From positions 124,001 through 188,000 of the forward strand of contig NIVC01000803.1 of assembly GCA_002269645.1 (NCBI GenBank): DNA of 64,000 nt, read 5' to 3'. Shown here piece after piece: positions 1 through 12,459 of the stretch. The DNA is from Macrostomum lignano. Lineage: Eukaryota. Numbering within the stretch: the first letter of the stretch is position 1; each line of letters starts with the position of its first letter. Position numbers and translations under genes: made by a program. The notes under the pieces are model-generated. The model was not told the origin of the DNA, made no database searches, and was given only the letters and a program-made list of their open reading frames with translations.

Positions 1-1487
1 CTTGGTTTATTAAGAGCAATAATCCTTGGCTTATCGAGTGCAGTAATCCTTGGTTTGCCAAGAGCAATAATCCTTGGTTTATCAAGTGCAATAATCCTTG
101 GTTTATCAAGTGCAATAATCCTTGGTTTATCAAGTGCAATAATCCTTGGTTTATCAGATGCAATAATCCTTGGCTTATCAACTGCAATAATCCTTGGTTT
201 ATCAGATGCAATAATCCTTGGCTTATCAACTGCAATAATCCTTGGTTTATCAAGTGCAATAATCCTTGGTTTATCAAGCGCAGTAATCTTTGGCCTATCA
301 AGTGCAATAATCCTTGGTTTATCAAGTGCAATAATCCTTGGTTTATCAAGTGCAATAATCTTTGGTTTATCAGATGCAATAATCCTTGGCTTATCAACTG
401 CAATAATCCTTGGTTTATCAAGTGCAATAATCCTTGGCTTATCAAGTGCAATAATCCTTGGTTTATCAAGCGCAGTAATCTTTGGCCTATCAAGTGCAAT
501 AATCCTTGGTTTATCAAGTGCAGTAATCCTTGGCCTATCAAGTGCAATAATCCTTGGTTTATCAAGTGCAATAGTCTTTGGTTTATCGAGTGCAGTAATC
601 CTTAGTTTTCCAAGTGCAGTAGTCCTTGGTTTATTAATATCAATAATCCTTGAATAATCCAGTGCATTAATCCTTGGCTTATCAAGTGCAACATTCTTTA
701 CTATCAAGTGCAATAATCCATGGCTTATCAAGTGCAATAATCCTTGGCTTATCAAGTGCAATAATCCTTGGTTTATCAAGTGCAATAATCCTTTGTTTAT
801 CAAGTGCAATAATCCTTTGTTTATCAAGTGCAATAATCCTTTGTTTATCAAGTGCAATAATCCTTGGTTTATCAAGCGCAGTAATCCTTGGCTTATCAAG
901 TGCAATAATCCTTGGTTTATCAAGTGCAATAATCCTTGGTTTATCAAGCGCAGTAATCTTTGGCCTATCAAGTGCAATAGTCCTTGGTTTATCGAGTGCA
1001 GTAATCCTTGGTTTTCCAAGTGCAATAATCCTTGGCTTCTTGAGTGCAGTAATCCTTGGTTTGCCAAGAGCAATAGTCCTTGGTTTATCGAGTGCAGTAA
1101 TCCTTGGTTTTCCAAGTGCAGTAATCCTTGGTTTATTAATAGCAATAATCCTTGGCTTCTTGAGTGCAGTAATCCTTGGTTTGCCAAGAGCAATAGTCCT
1201 TGGTTTATCGAGTGCATTAATCCTTGGTTTTCCAAGTGCAATAATTCTTGGCTTCTTGAGTGCAGTAATCCTTGGTTTGCCAAGAGCAATAGTCCTTGGT
1301 TTATCGAGTGCAGTAATCCTTGGTTTTCCAAGTGCCGTAATCCTTGGTTTATTAATAGCAATAATCCTTGATTAATCAAGTGCAGTAATCTTTGGTTTGC
1401 CAAGAGCAATAGTCCTTGGTTTATCGAGTGCAGTAGTCCTTGGTTTATTAATAGCAATAATCCTTGGCTTATCGAGTGCAGTAATCT
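1..1487. repeat. 24-bp minisatellite (TTATCAAGTGCAATAATCCTTGGT)n, truncated by the window start
   Basis: About 60 diverged tandem units seen directly; the 8-aa periodic ORFs 55..657 and 674..1375 are its translations. Confidence 0.95.
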
Positions 1488-1558
1488 AAGTGTTTTTATT
1501 TAGTCCTTTAATAAAACCTTTTAATAAAAAATTTTACACTACTACTTTTAAACTACTT

Positions 1559-1620
1559 AGATTCGAACCTAGGTCGCTGCATTAGCAGTCTGGTCTGTTC
1601 AGCTCTAGGCTAGCTCTCAT
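1559..1620 (-). mobile_element. Degenerate tRNA-like SINE head
   Basis: Minus strand reads TAGCCTAGAGCTGAA (A-box-like)...GACTGCTAAT...GGTTCGAATC (B-box); no complete cloverleaf. Confidence 0.45.
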
Positions 1621-3199
1621 CGAAGTTATCAGTGATGTTGTACCACTTATATAATTCAACACTCACACCAAGTCAGGTAGAGTAAAAAGTCTCACGAAGC
1701 AGTTATGACATAATCAATTTCTTAGGCAAGTCAGTACCAGTGTCTATGAAAGTTTACAATATGGTTACGTAATATAAATTCAGTACTGCGCTATGCTTTC
1801 ACACTCAAAGCTGTGACGCAATTCAATTGAGTGTCAAATTCAGCCAGTACACAGACGATAAATAAAGTGTATTGTGATGCAATCTATTTCAGAATCAGAA
1901 TTCAACCAGTCAGTTTTTCTGCTAGCATTCTTACGATGCATTTCAAGTCGAAAGAGCTGCTTGACCTTTGCAAAAAAGCATGTTTTTCGAATATTTAATC
2001 CCTTTAGCATCAAGCAATTTCTTAGCCACGATGCATGTACTGTCACGGGAAAATTTCTGATCGAACAGTGCAAGTTCGAAGAAAATCGGTTGAGCCGTTT
2101 TTGCTAAAATCGATCACACACACACACATACACACACACACATACCGACAGACCATTTTTAGTATATTGGAAAGTTTTGATTTTTAGTATATTGGATGAT
2201 CACTGATTTTTAGTATATCTGATGACTGATTATGACTGAATGAAATTGGCTATGAATTCTCTTGCTGTGTGCAGGCTGATAAAATTTGCATTAAAAATGC
2301 CCATTTAAAACAGTTTTTCAAATATTTAATCTCTTTAGCAATGAGCTAAAGCTTAATAAAAATACATGTACCAATTCGGGAACATTTGACATCTTTTGGT
2401 GAAGAAACGGCCAAAATTGGTTGAGCCATTTGGGAGATAATCGATTGCATACAAGCAAGCAAGATTTTCATTTTTAGTATATAGGATGCATACATAGAAA
2501 CATACAAACATACAATTTTTTCATCTTTAGTATATTAGACTAGATTTGTCTAGGAATGAAAAAAAATTTTTAATGACAATTTTTTACTTTTGTAATAATA
2601 GAATATTTTTCTCTTACTTTGATCTATTAAAATACATTTACAATTTGTGTTCCTATATTCCTATAATATTGAATATCCTTTTAAATCATTCAATTTTTCT
2701 ACAATTTTGTGCCTTTAATAGCTAATATGTTTGCTTTTATAATTTTTGGCCAAATATACTTTTGCATGAATTATATTTATATTTTTTAAGGTAGATACAT
2801 TTTATATCCCATTTTGATAGAAATACTTATATGCAAGTAGAATAGAAGGTAAGAAGTATGACATTAGAAATAATTTCTATGGAAATTTCTAAATCGAAAT
2901 TGGTACTAAATTTTGGGGGCTCTAGATTCATTAAAGTTTTTAAACATAATTTTACAATGTATAGAAAGCTATTGATCTATTTTCAACCTATTTTTATTAG
3001 CATTGTCTTATTAAACCTTTTCTTTTTTATGTTTTGTTACTTTTTAGATAAAAAAATATTGTTTTTTAAAAATGCATAACTTTTTCAAACATGTATTTAA
3101 AATGAAACCTTATAATATTTTTTAAAATCTTATCATTCTAATTCAATAAAAAACTTCTTATGAAGATCATAACTACATTTAACTAGGTGTATGGTAGGT

Positions 3200-3500
3200 A
3201 GGTACCAGGTAGGCATTGCTGCCCATTCCGCCGACTCCCCTGAGCAGGCACACAAGCGCGCGGATACGTACGCAGGCACACACTCACACAGGAGTGTACA
3301 GCGGCCCTAACTTTATTTTATCGTTATGCATGTACACTTCACTGTGCCTTGGAGGGTTGGCTCTCAAGGCCGTTAATTGCACAAGCAGAGCCAAGCCGAG
3401 ATTCCAATTCAGCCCCAAATTAATGTGACTGCACTTGGAATCGAGCCTGGGTCGCTGGCACACCAGAGCAGCTGCGCTACCGCTGGGCTACGGCCCCCCG
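3200..3500 (-). mobile_element. tRNA-headed SINE, family 2
   Basis: Head GGGGCCGTAGCCCAGCGGTAG...GGCTCGATTCC. Body (CAAGGCACAG...GGGCCGCTGTACAC...GAGTCGGCGGAATGGGCAG) is shared with copies at 14530, 22724, 40705, 43120 and 52505. Confidence 0.7.
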
Positions 3501-3529
3501 TTGAAACAATAGCATAGCCGATCTTTGTC

Positions 3530-3980
3530 ATGCCCCCCTCCGGAGTAAAGCCCTCTTAGATTATACATGTAACAACGATTATAAACTAAGGAAAGCGTCT
3601 GGGAGCCTGAACACGTGGCTCTGATCGCTTAAAGTAGTCTGCGATCAACATAGTGAGTTATTAACCTGGTTCCTTGTTCGATTCTATGGCCTGTGGCGGT
3701 CGGGTTCCCTTCGAATTCGCTCGCTCCTCCGTGTTGGTATGGCCTGTGCAACCTGTGGCTCCGGTGCAGCTGGTCTCTGACCTTCCACATCCGTCTCATC
3801 GGTTTCTTCATCAGAAAGAGTGCGAGGCGCGAGTTGATTGTTGCTGACCAAGCGTAGTGGTTAGTGGATCTCAAACTTTCGACCTTGTAGGAAATTCTTT
3901 AGACGAGAGACAGCCCAAACAATGGCTAGGGCTTCTCTTTCAATATTGGAGTAATTTTCCTCTGCCTTCGGTAGTCGATA
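3530..3980 (-). mobile_element. Gypsy/Ty3 LTR-retrotransposon pol remnant, internally deleted
   Basis: 3974-3868 translates LPKAEENYSNIEREALAIVWAVSRLKNFLQGRKFEIH (Gypsy RNase H-like motif). The same frame, after a stop, gives ...PTRRSERIRREPDRHRP* (typical integrase C-terminal tail), followed by a purine tract GGAGGGGGG near 3542-3533. Confidence 0.7.
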
Positions 3981-4236
3981 GAGTCCTGGAAATATAAATT
4001 AGGTGTTAAGTGTGATCAATTTTTTAGTCTTCCAATCTGATTCTGTCTATGCTATATAAATTTATCATTATGCAAAAATTTAATTTAATAATATGTACTG
4101 TAAATAAAGAATAATCCAGTTTAGTAGATCCTGAAGGTTCTGTTAAAATTATACATAGTTTTTGTTTTTTATTGCAAGGATTGAGACAATATATTTATTT
4201 TTCTTAGCAAGCTTGACAATTTTCAAATGCAGCCTC

Positions 4237-7200
4237 ATGAGCAGCAGCTGCCAGGCAAACCAGCTGCCATTGTCAGCTAAGAAGCGCCAGAATGGCGCGC
4301 CCACCGCCGCCCATACTCAAGAGCCAGCTCTGCCAGAACTTGGCCCGGGCGCCAGAATTTGCGCCATGGCAACCTGCTCTACTGCGGCGCTGCAAAATTT
4401 TTTACTTAGCGCAGGCGCTGGCGCCGCCATTTGCTCGTCATCATCGGCGCCCGCTTCGGCCAGCTGCTCGCCCTGCAAACCTCCGCCTGTCTGTGCTCGC
4501 AACAATTTGACAGCGGCGTCGACTACAAAGACGAATACGGCGGCAACTGCGGGATCGTCGGCTTCGTCTGGCGCGTCAGCTGATTCGTCGGAGTCGCCGA
4601 CGCCGGAGCTGCTGCTGTCAGATGAAGAAGCGGAGGTGAGCGTCGGAGGAAATCAACTGTCTGGTGTGGTGCCGTGAACTGATAAGCTGACGAGGCAGAC
4701 AGCCATAGTTACTCCCATTGGAGTAACTATTGGAGTATCTAACCTCTCTCTCCAGGTGTGCCCCCATGATCCCACAGGATTCTCTCTCTCCAGGTGTGCC
4801 CCCGTGATCTGATTTAATTCTCTCTCTCCAGGTGTGCCCCAGTGATCTGATTTGATTCTCTCTCTCCAGGTGTGCCCTGTGATCCCACAGGATTCTCTCT
4901 CTCCAGGTGTGCCCCCGTGATCCCACAGGATTCTCTCTCTCTCCAGGTGTGCCCCCGTGATCTGATTTGATTCTCTCTCTCTCCAGGTGTGCCCTGTGAT
5001 CCCACAGGATTCTCTCTCTCCAGGTATGCCCCCGTGATCCCACAGGATTCTCTCTCTCCAGGTGTGCCCCCGTGATCTGATTTGATTCTCTCTCTCTCCA
5101 GGTGTGCCCCCGTGATCTGATTTGATTCTCTCTCTCTCCAGGTGTGCCCCCGTGATCCCACAGGATTCTCTCTCTCCAGGTGCACCCCGTGATCCCACAG
5201 GATTCTCTCTCTCCAGGTGTGCCCCCGTGATCCCACGGGATTCTCTCTCCCCAGGTGTGCCCCCGTGATCCCACAGGATTCTCTCTCTCCAGATGTGCCC
5301 TGTGATCCCACAGGATTCTCTCTCCAGGTGTGCCCCGTGATCCCACAGGTTTCTCTCTCCAGGTGTGCCCCGTGATCCCGGCTATTTCTGAAAGTATGCG
5401 CGACTAATAAAACGTCATTCTCCCATCGCTTTCAAATAACCGCGCAGTCCAAGTCGCAGCCCGGAGCCGCCGATGACGCCTGCCGCTGCCGGTCCTGCCG
5501 ATCCCGACGCGCCGCCCAACGGGTCCGCCGGGGCCTCGACCGGCCGAAGCTGCAGCCCGAAGCGGAGGCCCGCCTGACCGCCCTTGCCGACTGGCTGGCC
5601 GAACGGGACCCCGGCGCTCTCTATTCGGCCGCAGAAGAGTTGGGTAGGCAACTGGCGCGCGAGGCCGGCGCCAGGCTGGCCGAGGCGCTGAAAAAGCTGG
5701 CGCCAACTGGCGAGTACAACCGAGACTGCTGCCGCTCCATGACCCGGATACTGCGCGAAGAATACGAACGGATGCGTAAGGATGCCACTAGGCAGGCTGC
5801 GGTTCTCAAGTCGCTGGATACTGCTCATCTCACGCAGTGCGGCCTCAGCTGGCAGTTCATGTGCGAGCACTGGTTCCAGAGCCTGGCCTACGGTTGCGCC
5901 GAGCTGCGCCAGCTGCAGAACATCATGATGGAGCGCTTGAAGCCCCGGCCGGAGGATCGGGAGACCCCGTCGCCTATGAAGCTCTACTTAGAGCTGGACG
6001 CGAACATGTCGGAGGCTGAGAGTCGATGGCGGCTGGTCCGGCCCCGCCTGCAGAATTGGCGGGCGCAGCACTGCGCCGTCGGCTTCAGTGGCCTGGCTGA
6101 GGAGCTGGCCGGCACTCTGCTCACTGATGAATCTGTTGTACAGCAGCTGTACAAACTGCACGTGCAGAGCTCTAGCGAGACGCCTGCTCAGACTTACACC
6201 TGCACCAAGTGCAACAAAACTCTATGCGGCTGCTATATGTGCTCATTTACACACTGCGTCACCTGCGGCTTCGAGGAGGCCGGCGGAGGCGGCGACGGCG
6301 CCGGCAGCAGCAGCGGCGGAGGACGGCGTCGCAAGCGGCACAGCGACGTTGAACTGCGCGGCTGCTGCTCATCTGGCGAGGAAGAAGCTGCCGACGCTGC
6401 GGGCGACTCCGCCGACGCCCATCGCCGTAAAACCGACATCGCCGCCGCCCTGGTTTCGTCTTCGCTGTGCAAGTCGACGTCGGCTACTGACGCCGCCGTC
6501 GTGTCGTCAAATTCAAAGGGCGGCGGCGGCGGCAGCGGCTGCTGCGCCTTTTACTCCGAGGCCGAGGAGTTCATCAAGGGCAGCAGCGGCGGCCGGTGCC
6601 AACATCAGCACCTGCTGCTAGACGCTGCCCAATACCCGCAGAATTATCAGGTGCCGCAGCATCAGCATTCGCATCATCAGCCAGCAGCTTCTGACGCCGA
6701 CAAGGCAACAGGAGACTCGACAACTGGCAATGAAAATGGCCGATTCTGCGACTGCTGCTACTGCGAGGTGTTCGGCCACAGCGGCGGACAGCAGCCGGCT
6801 GTGCCGCCAAAATTTTTTGAGAAGCGCGAACAGTTGCGCTCGAAATTGCTCCGCAAAAAGCAGCAGTCGAAGCAGGGGCAGCAGAAGCATCAGCAGCAGC
6901 AGCAGCCCGAGCCTCCAAATGACGCTGCTGGTGTCGGTGGCGGCGTCGGAGCGATTTGCCAATCGTCATCGACCGATATCGACGCTTTAGTGGAGTTCAT
7001 TGAGGGCGCCAAGGCTGGCAAGGAGCGCGCAGCGAAACGCGAAGCGAAGAAAACCAGACAGAAGGCGGCGCGCAAAGCGGCTGAACCAGCAGCCACGTCG
7101 CCGGCAGCTGGTCGCCAGCGGCAGCAGCAGCAACGTCAGCGAGATGTTGAAAATCAGACTCCAGTTCGAGGCGGCAAGCTTCAAGATGCAGCAGACCCCA

Positions 7201-8939
7201 ACAGCGGCAATGGCAGGTCAGCTAACGGAGACAGACAGCGGATGCTGGGCCGCCAGGAACTTGGTAATTTTACACTCTAGCTTTTTTCTTTGTTTTATTT
7301 AATAAATTAAAATTTATGATTCTCATCACATTCGGAACATTTTCTCTTTTATCCTAAACTTCCGTTCTTCAATCCTGAACTTCCGTTTTTCTATCTTGAA
7401 CTTCGGTTCTTCAATCCTGAACTTCCGTTCTTCAATCCTGAACTTCCGTTCTTTTATCCTGAACTTCAGTTCTTCAATCCTGAACTTCCGTTCTTCAATC
7501 CTGAACTTCCGTTCTTCAATCCTGAACTTCCGTTCTTCAATCCTGAACTTCCGTTTTTCTATCTTGAACTTCGGTTCTTCAATCCTGAACTTCCGTTCTT
7601 CAATCCTGAACTTCCGTTCTTTTATCCTGAACTTCCGTTCTTCAATCCTGAACTTCCGTTCTTCAATCCTGAACTTCCGTTCTTCAATCCTGAACTTCCG
7701 TTCTTCAATCCTGAACTTCCGTTTTTCTATCTTGAACTTCGGTTCTTCAATCCTGAACTTCCGTTCTTCAATCCTGAACTTCCGTTCTTTTATCCTGAAC
7801 TTCCGTTCTTCAATCCTGAACTTCCGTTCTTCAATCCTGAACTTCCGTTCTTCAATCCTGAACTTCCGTTCTTCAATCCTGAACTTCCGTTCTTTTATCC
7901 TGAACTTCCTTTTTTCAATCCTGAACTTCCGTTCTTCAATCCTGAACTTCCCTTCTTCAATCCTGAACTTCCGTTCTTCAATCCTGAACTTCCGTTCTTC
8001 AATCCTGAACTTCCGTTCTTCAATCCTGAACTTCCGTTCTTCAATCCTAAACTTCTTCCGTTCTTCAATCCTGAACTTCTTCCGTTCTTCAATCCTGAAC
8101 TCCCGTTCTTTTATCTTGAACTTCGGTTCTTCAATCCTGAACTTCCGTTCCTCTATCCTGAACTTCCTTTCTTCTATCCTGAACTGCCGCTCTATCCTGA
8201 ACTTCCGTTCTATCCTGAACTTCCGCTCTTGTATCCTGAACTTTCGTTCTTCTATCCTGAACTTCCGTTTTTCTATCTTGAACTTCGGTTCTCTCTTCTA
8301 TCCTGAATTTCGGTTTTTCTTCTGAACTTTCGCACCTCTATCCTGAACTAAGTTGATCTCACGCACTCTTTACAGAAGGCTTAAACCGGCGCGATGACCT
8401 TGACGACGACCAGCTGTTCGATGACGACGATGTTGACCCTGTGGTTGAGCAGTTCAAAAGGTGAGCCTATTATGACGCGTCAGTTCACTCAGTACACTCA
8501 ACAGTGACCTAGTACACTCAACAGTGACCCAGTACACTCAACAGTGACCCAGTACACTCAACAGTGACCCAGTACACTCAACAGTCACCCAGTACACTCA
8601 ACAGTGACCTAGTACACTCAACAGTCACCCAGTACACTCAACAGTGACCTAGTACACTCAACAGTCACCCAGTACACTCAACAGTGACCTAGTACACTCA
8701 ACAGTCACCCAGTACACTCAACAGTCACCTAGTACACTCAACAGTGACCTAGTACACTCAACAGTCACCCAGTACACTCAACAGTCACCCAGTACACTCA
8801 ACAGTCACATAGTACACTTAACATTGACCCATGGCTCTGTATCCGAATTTGCAGTTTTGTGATGAACTGCCAGACGCCAAAGGAGCGCCAAAAAGTGCGA
8901 CTGGACTTGGACAGCTTGTCAATGTTAATGAAAAAGTGA
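4237..8939 (+). CDS. FAM193A: FAM193-family protein, about 794 aa; exons 4237-4635, 5448-7263, 8376-8460, 8855-8939
   Basis: All introns are GT-AG and phase-compatible (0,1,2). FAM193-like motifs: CRCRSC..RR, FCDCCYCEVFGH...EKREQLRSKL, DIDALVEFIEG...AAKREAKKTRQK, and C-terminal DPVVEQFKSFVMNC...RQKVRLD. The first exon and start codon are less certain. Confidence 0.8.
4741..5378 (+). repeat. About 38-40-bp minisatellite (GATCCCACAGGATTCTCTCTCTCCAGGTGTGCCCCCGT)n in FAM193-like intron 1
   Basis: About 17 tandem units with two variants (CCCACAGG vs CTGATTTG) and variable (CT)n length. Confidence 0.95.
7351..8348. repeat. 21-bp minisatellite (ATCCTGAACTTCCGTTCTTCA)n in FAM193-like intron 2
   Basis: Directly visible; ORF 7396..8325 (ILNFRSS)n is its translation. 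Confidence 0.95.
8491..8822. repeat. 20-bp minisatellite (AGTACACTCAACAGTGACCC)n in FAM193-like intron 3
   Basis: Directly visible; longer counterpart at about 16620-17012. Confidence 0.95.
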
Positions 8940-9434
8940 ACAGAATCTGAACTTTTTTTCTTGGTCTGCAACACAGTTTGAAGCAAGCTGTCCTGCAGAA
9001 GATACTAGAATTATATTTAATAAAATTGTTTCTTTTATTTATTTATTTTATTAGAACTCTTGTTAACAAAAAGTTAAAAAAACCTGCTTGCTAATCGAGG
9101 ACAGACAACTCTTACTAATTAGCCTGGGTATGCTGTGAAATTCAAGGCTAATAATTTCCTCTTTTGTACCTAGACTTGCATCCCCGTTTCTTTGGTACAT
9201 CTCAGCTGCCCTGTCCGTGTGTGCTACTAACACTACTATTATTATTATTTATTTACGATTGGTAAATTAGTGAGCTGCTGTGTTTATTTTTATTAGTTAG
9301 ACCGTTTTTTTCAACCAGTATGTAAATATTTATCGCTTTTGCGTCTCCGCTCCACCTGACTGTCGGCCCACAGACTCTGTTGTGGAGCGGCCGGAGTCCT
9401 TTATTGTCGGCTTGGTTTGCGCTTTGGCAACTCT

Positions 9435-9700
9435 TTGTCTTGTCTGTCCTGTCCGCCTCTGTCTGTGTGTCCGCCTGCTTGTCTTGTCTGTCCTGTCCGC
9501 CTCTGTCTGTGTGTCCGCCTGCTTGTCTTGTCTGTCCTGTCCGCCTCTGTGTGTCCGCCTGCTTGTCCTGTCTGTCCTGTCCGCCTGCTTATCTTGTCTG
9601 TCATGTCCGCCTGCTTGTCTTGTCTGTCCTGTCCGCCTCTGTCTGTCTGTCTGCCTGCCTGTCTGTCTGCCTGTCTGCTTGTGTCCGTCTGTTTGCCTGC
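9435..9700. repeat. Complex (GTCTGTCCTGTCCGCCT)-type repeat
   Basis: Low-complexity TG/C repeat; counterpart at about 17625-17890 differs slightly in length. Confidence 0.85.
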
Positions 9701-10346
9701 GTGCCCTGTATGTTTTTATACTGTTTCTTCGTGTTTTCAAATTTTTCAGCCATTGTTCACTACCCGCTCACTAGACTACTAATAGCTGTTGGCTAGTAGT
9801 ATGCGTTGAGAATTTCGACTTCGCCTTCTCTCATACAGATTGTTCACTTTACGTGCAGTGATGAAATTGACAGCTTGTTGTGTAGGTGGTAAACAATCAT
9901 TGCACCATCGGTGTTCATAGTGTCTAAATGCTGGGTTTTTTAAAGTTAATTTTATTTGTTTAAATGCTGACTTGTGCATAAGAGTTTTCCCCTCATTTTT
10001 AAAATTACTGCGAGCTGGCTAATGCGAAATTCTCTATTGATGAGCCCTGCCAGTTATTGTACTTTCACTCCGTTTTTTGTGCTTACATGAATGAAGACTT
10101 TATAAATTTGAAGTGAGGCGGCTTTGCAAAAATGTTATAACTGCCGCCTGCGCTGCTCGCGATTGGGTTAGAAATCTTTGTAGCTCAGCCTTCTTTTTAT
10201 ATAAATATACATACTGCAGCCCCATCTGCCCGGAACAAAGTGAAGCTGTTTTTTACAATAAAAATGCCTAATTTACACTTTTACCTGCCTTCTGGCATTG
10301 GCTTCTTGTTTCATTTCTTTGCCTTTCTTTTCAACTGAGCACAGTT

Positions 10347-11281
10347 TGTGTCACGCTGCAGTTAGCACACGGGATGTTAGTGAGGCAGTACTAATCACAC
10401 TGCAGTTAGCACACGGGATGTTAGTGAGGCAGTGCTAATCACACTGCAGTTAGCACACGGGATGTTAGTGAGGCAGTGCTAATCACACTGCAGTTAGCAC
10501 ACAGGATGTTAGTGAGGCAGTGCTAATCACACTGCAGTTAGCACACGGGATGTTAGTGAGGCAGTGCTAATCACACTGCAGTTAGCACACAGGATGTTAG
10601 TGAGGCAGTGCTAATCACACTGCAGTTAGCACACGGGATGTTAGTGAGGCAGTGCTAATCAGACTGTAGTTAGCACACGGGATGTTAGTGAAGCAGTGCT
10701 AATCAGACTGCAGTTAGCACACGGGATGTTAGTGAGGCAGTGCTAATCAGACTGCAGTTAGCACACAGGAAGTTAGTGAAGCAGTGCTAACCACACTGCA
10801 GTTAGCACACGGGATGTCAGTGAGGCAGTGCTAATCACACTGCAGTTAGCACACGGGATGTTAGTGAAGCAGTGCTAATCACACTGCAGTTAGCACACGG
10901 GATGTTAGTGAGGCAGTGCTAATCACACTGCAGTTAGCACACAGGAAGTTAGTGAAGCAGTGCTAACCACACTACAGTTAGCACACGGGATGTTAGTGAG
11001 GCAGTGCTAATCAGACTGCAGTTAGCACACGGGATGTTAGTGAAGCTGTGCTAACCACACTGCAGTTAGCACACGGGATGTTAGTGAGGCAGTGCTAATC
11101 AGACTGCAGCTAGCACACGGGATGTTAGTGAGGCAGTGCTAATCACACTGCAGTTAGCACACGGGATGTTAGTGAAGCAGTGCTAATCAGACTGCAGTTA
11201 GCACACGGGATGTTAGTGAGGCAGTGCTAATCACACTGCAGTTAGCACACGGGATGTTAGTGAGGCAGTGCTAATCAGACT
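10347..11281. repeat. 44-bp minisatellite (CACTGCAGTTAGCACACGGGATGTTAGTGAGGCAGTGCTAATCA)n
   Basis: About 21 units with an internal inverted pair TTAGCAC/GTGCTAA; duplicated at 18541-19475. Confidence 0.95.
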
Positions 11282-11898
11282 AGGTTTATCGCAGTCAACT
11301 TGACTCGAATATTATTCATAATCTTTTCTGTCATTTGGTAGCTCAGACGTACCTACTAAAAGTGCGACTCTGTGTATCTATGCAATACTCTAAGGCATGT
11401 AAGTCCTTAGAATTTTTTAGAATTTCTGTCGTGGACTTCTGTCTGAATTGCATTTTGATAAAAAATGCATAAATAAAGGTTATCTTTCTGCAGCACAGTA
11501 CTGTATGCATAGGAATTATAAGGTAGACAGAACTGCAAGCTCACAGAGAATGTGTAATAAACTAAAATTTTTTAGAAAAGTAGAAGTAGAACTTTTGTTA
11601 AACTTAGTTATCGTTAGTTGTGTGCTATTGTTAGAGTTTTCTAGTCTCAGAAAATGAACCGCTCAAAAAGAAGCAAAAAAGAAGGCAATAGAAAAGTCCA
11701 AAACAAGAATTGCTTGAATTATCGGCCTGCCTTGCAACTGGCGGTTTTACACACCTACAGCTGCAATGATATCAAACTGGTAGGCACATATCTGTATGAC
11801 AGTCAACCCTTCAATCCTTCAACCCCTTCAAGGGGACACGAACATTTGTATCCTAATTAGGATGGCAGCTCAACATCTCATACGAGTACAAGACACAA

Positions 11899-11990
11899 GG
11901 GGTTGTAGCCTAGTGCTCCGAGCATCGGACTCAAGACTGAAAGGTTGGTGCTTCGATTCACGACCCACCCGAAACAATTTTCGCATCTTT
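11899..11990 (+). mobile_element. tRNA-derived SINE family 1, head fragment (second copy 20093-20184)
   Basis: GGGGTTGTAGCCTAGTG...GCTTCGATTC...CCCACCCGAAACAATTT matches the heads at 30668 and 44612. Confidence 0.6.
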
Positions 11991-12459
11991 TGTAAGCTGG
12001 CTAATAGCTGTACACGTTTACTTGAGTCAGCTAGCTTAGTTTAGACAATTTCATTGCTAAAATCTTCTACCTTTCTGACTATAACGACGACTTCAAACGA
12101 CTTGATTAACTTCAAGTCTGACATGGTGACAATTGAACACCGACTTCTGTAGCCAATTTCCAAGGTCTGCTGCTGCAGTTAACTGAATATTCGCTGTATT
12201 TAAGCAAAGTTAATTGAATTATGCTGGCTCTCAGCCTTTGGCAAAAGTCTAGCTGGCTTGAATGTCCAATCCGAGGGCTGCTTGCTGGTCTATGAGTCGA
12301 GAGTTTTGCCTTTAAAACAGAATTCATAGTCGTCTGTTGGAAATAAACTGATCCATTTAGTTATAAGCTGTTCCTGACTTCTGTTCCTGGTAACTCCTAG
12401 TGGTCCTTGCTTTTAGCTTTGGAGGCCAACAGGCCTGATCAAATCCTGCTGCCACGCCG

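Noticed and set aside
55-1375. Long periodic ORFs (SSAIILGL)n, and similar ORFs at 7396, 33381, 35260, 36961, 38170, 46114, 47851, 51021, 52514, 57792
   Set aside because: They are translations of tandem repeats open in several frames, mostly inside introns defined by flanking splice sites.
4705-4730. Perfect 11-bp hairpin ATAGTTACTCC-CATT-GGAGTAACTAT
   Set aside because: Real but isolated, too short for a pre-miRNA, and with no supporting context; not a prokaryotic terminator.
5404-7302. Overlapping antisense and alternate-frame ORFs over GC-rich exons (also 27183-28217, 40140-41675, 56384-57728)
   Set aside because: Shadow ORFs expected from high GC and codon bias; no recognisable motifs.
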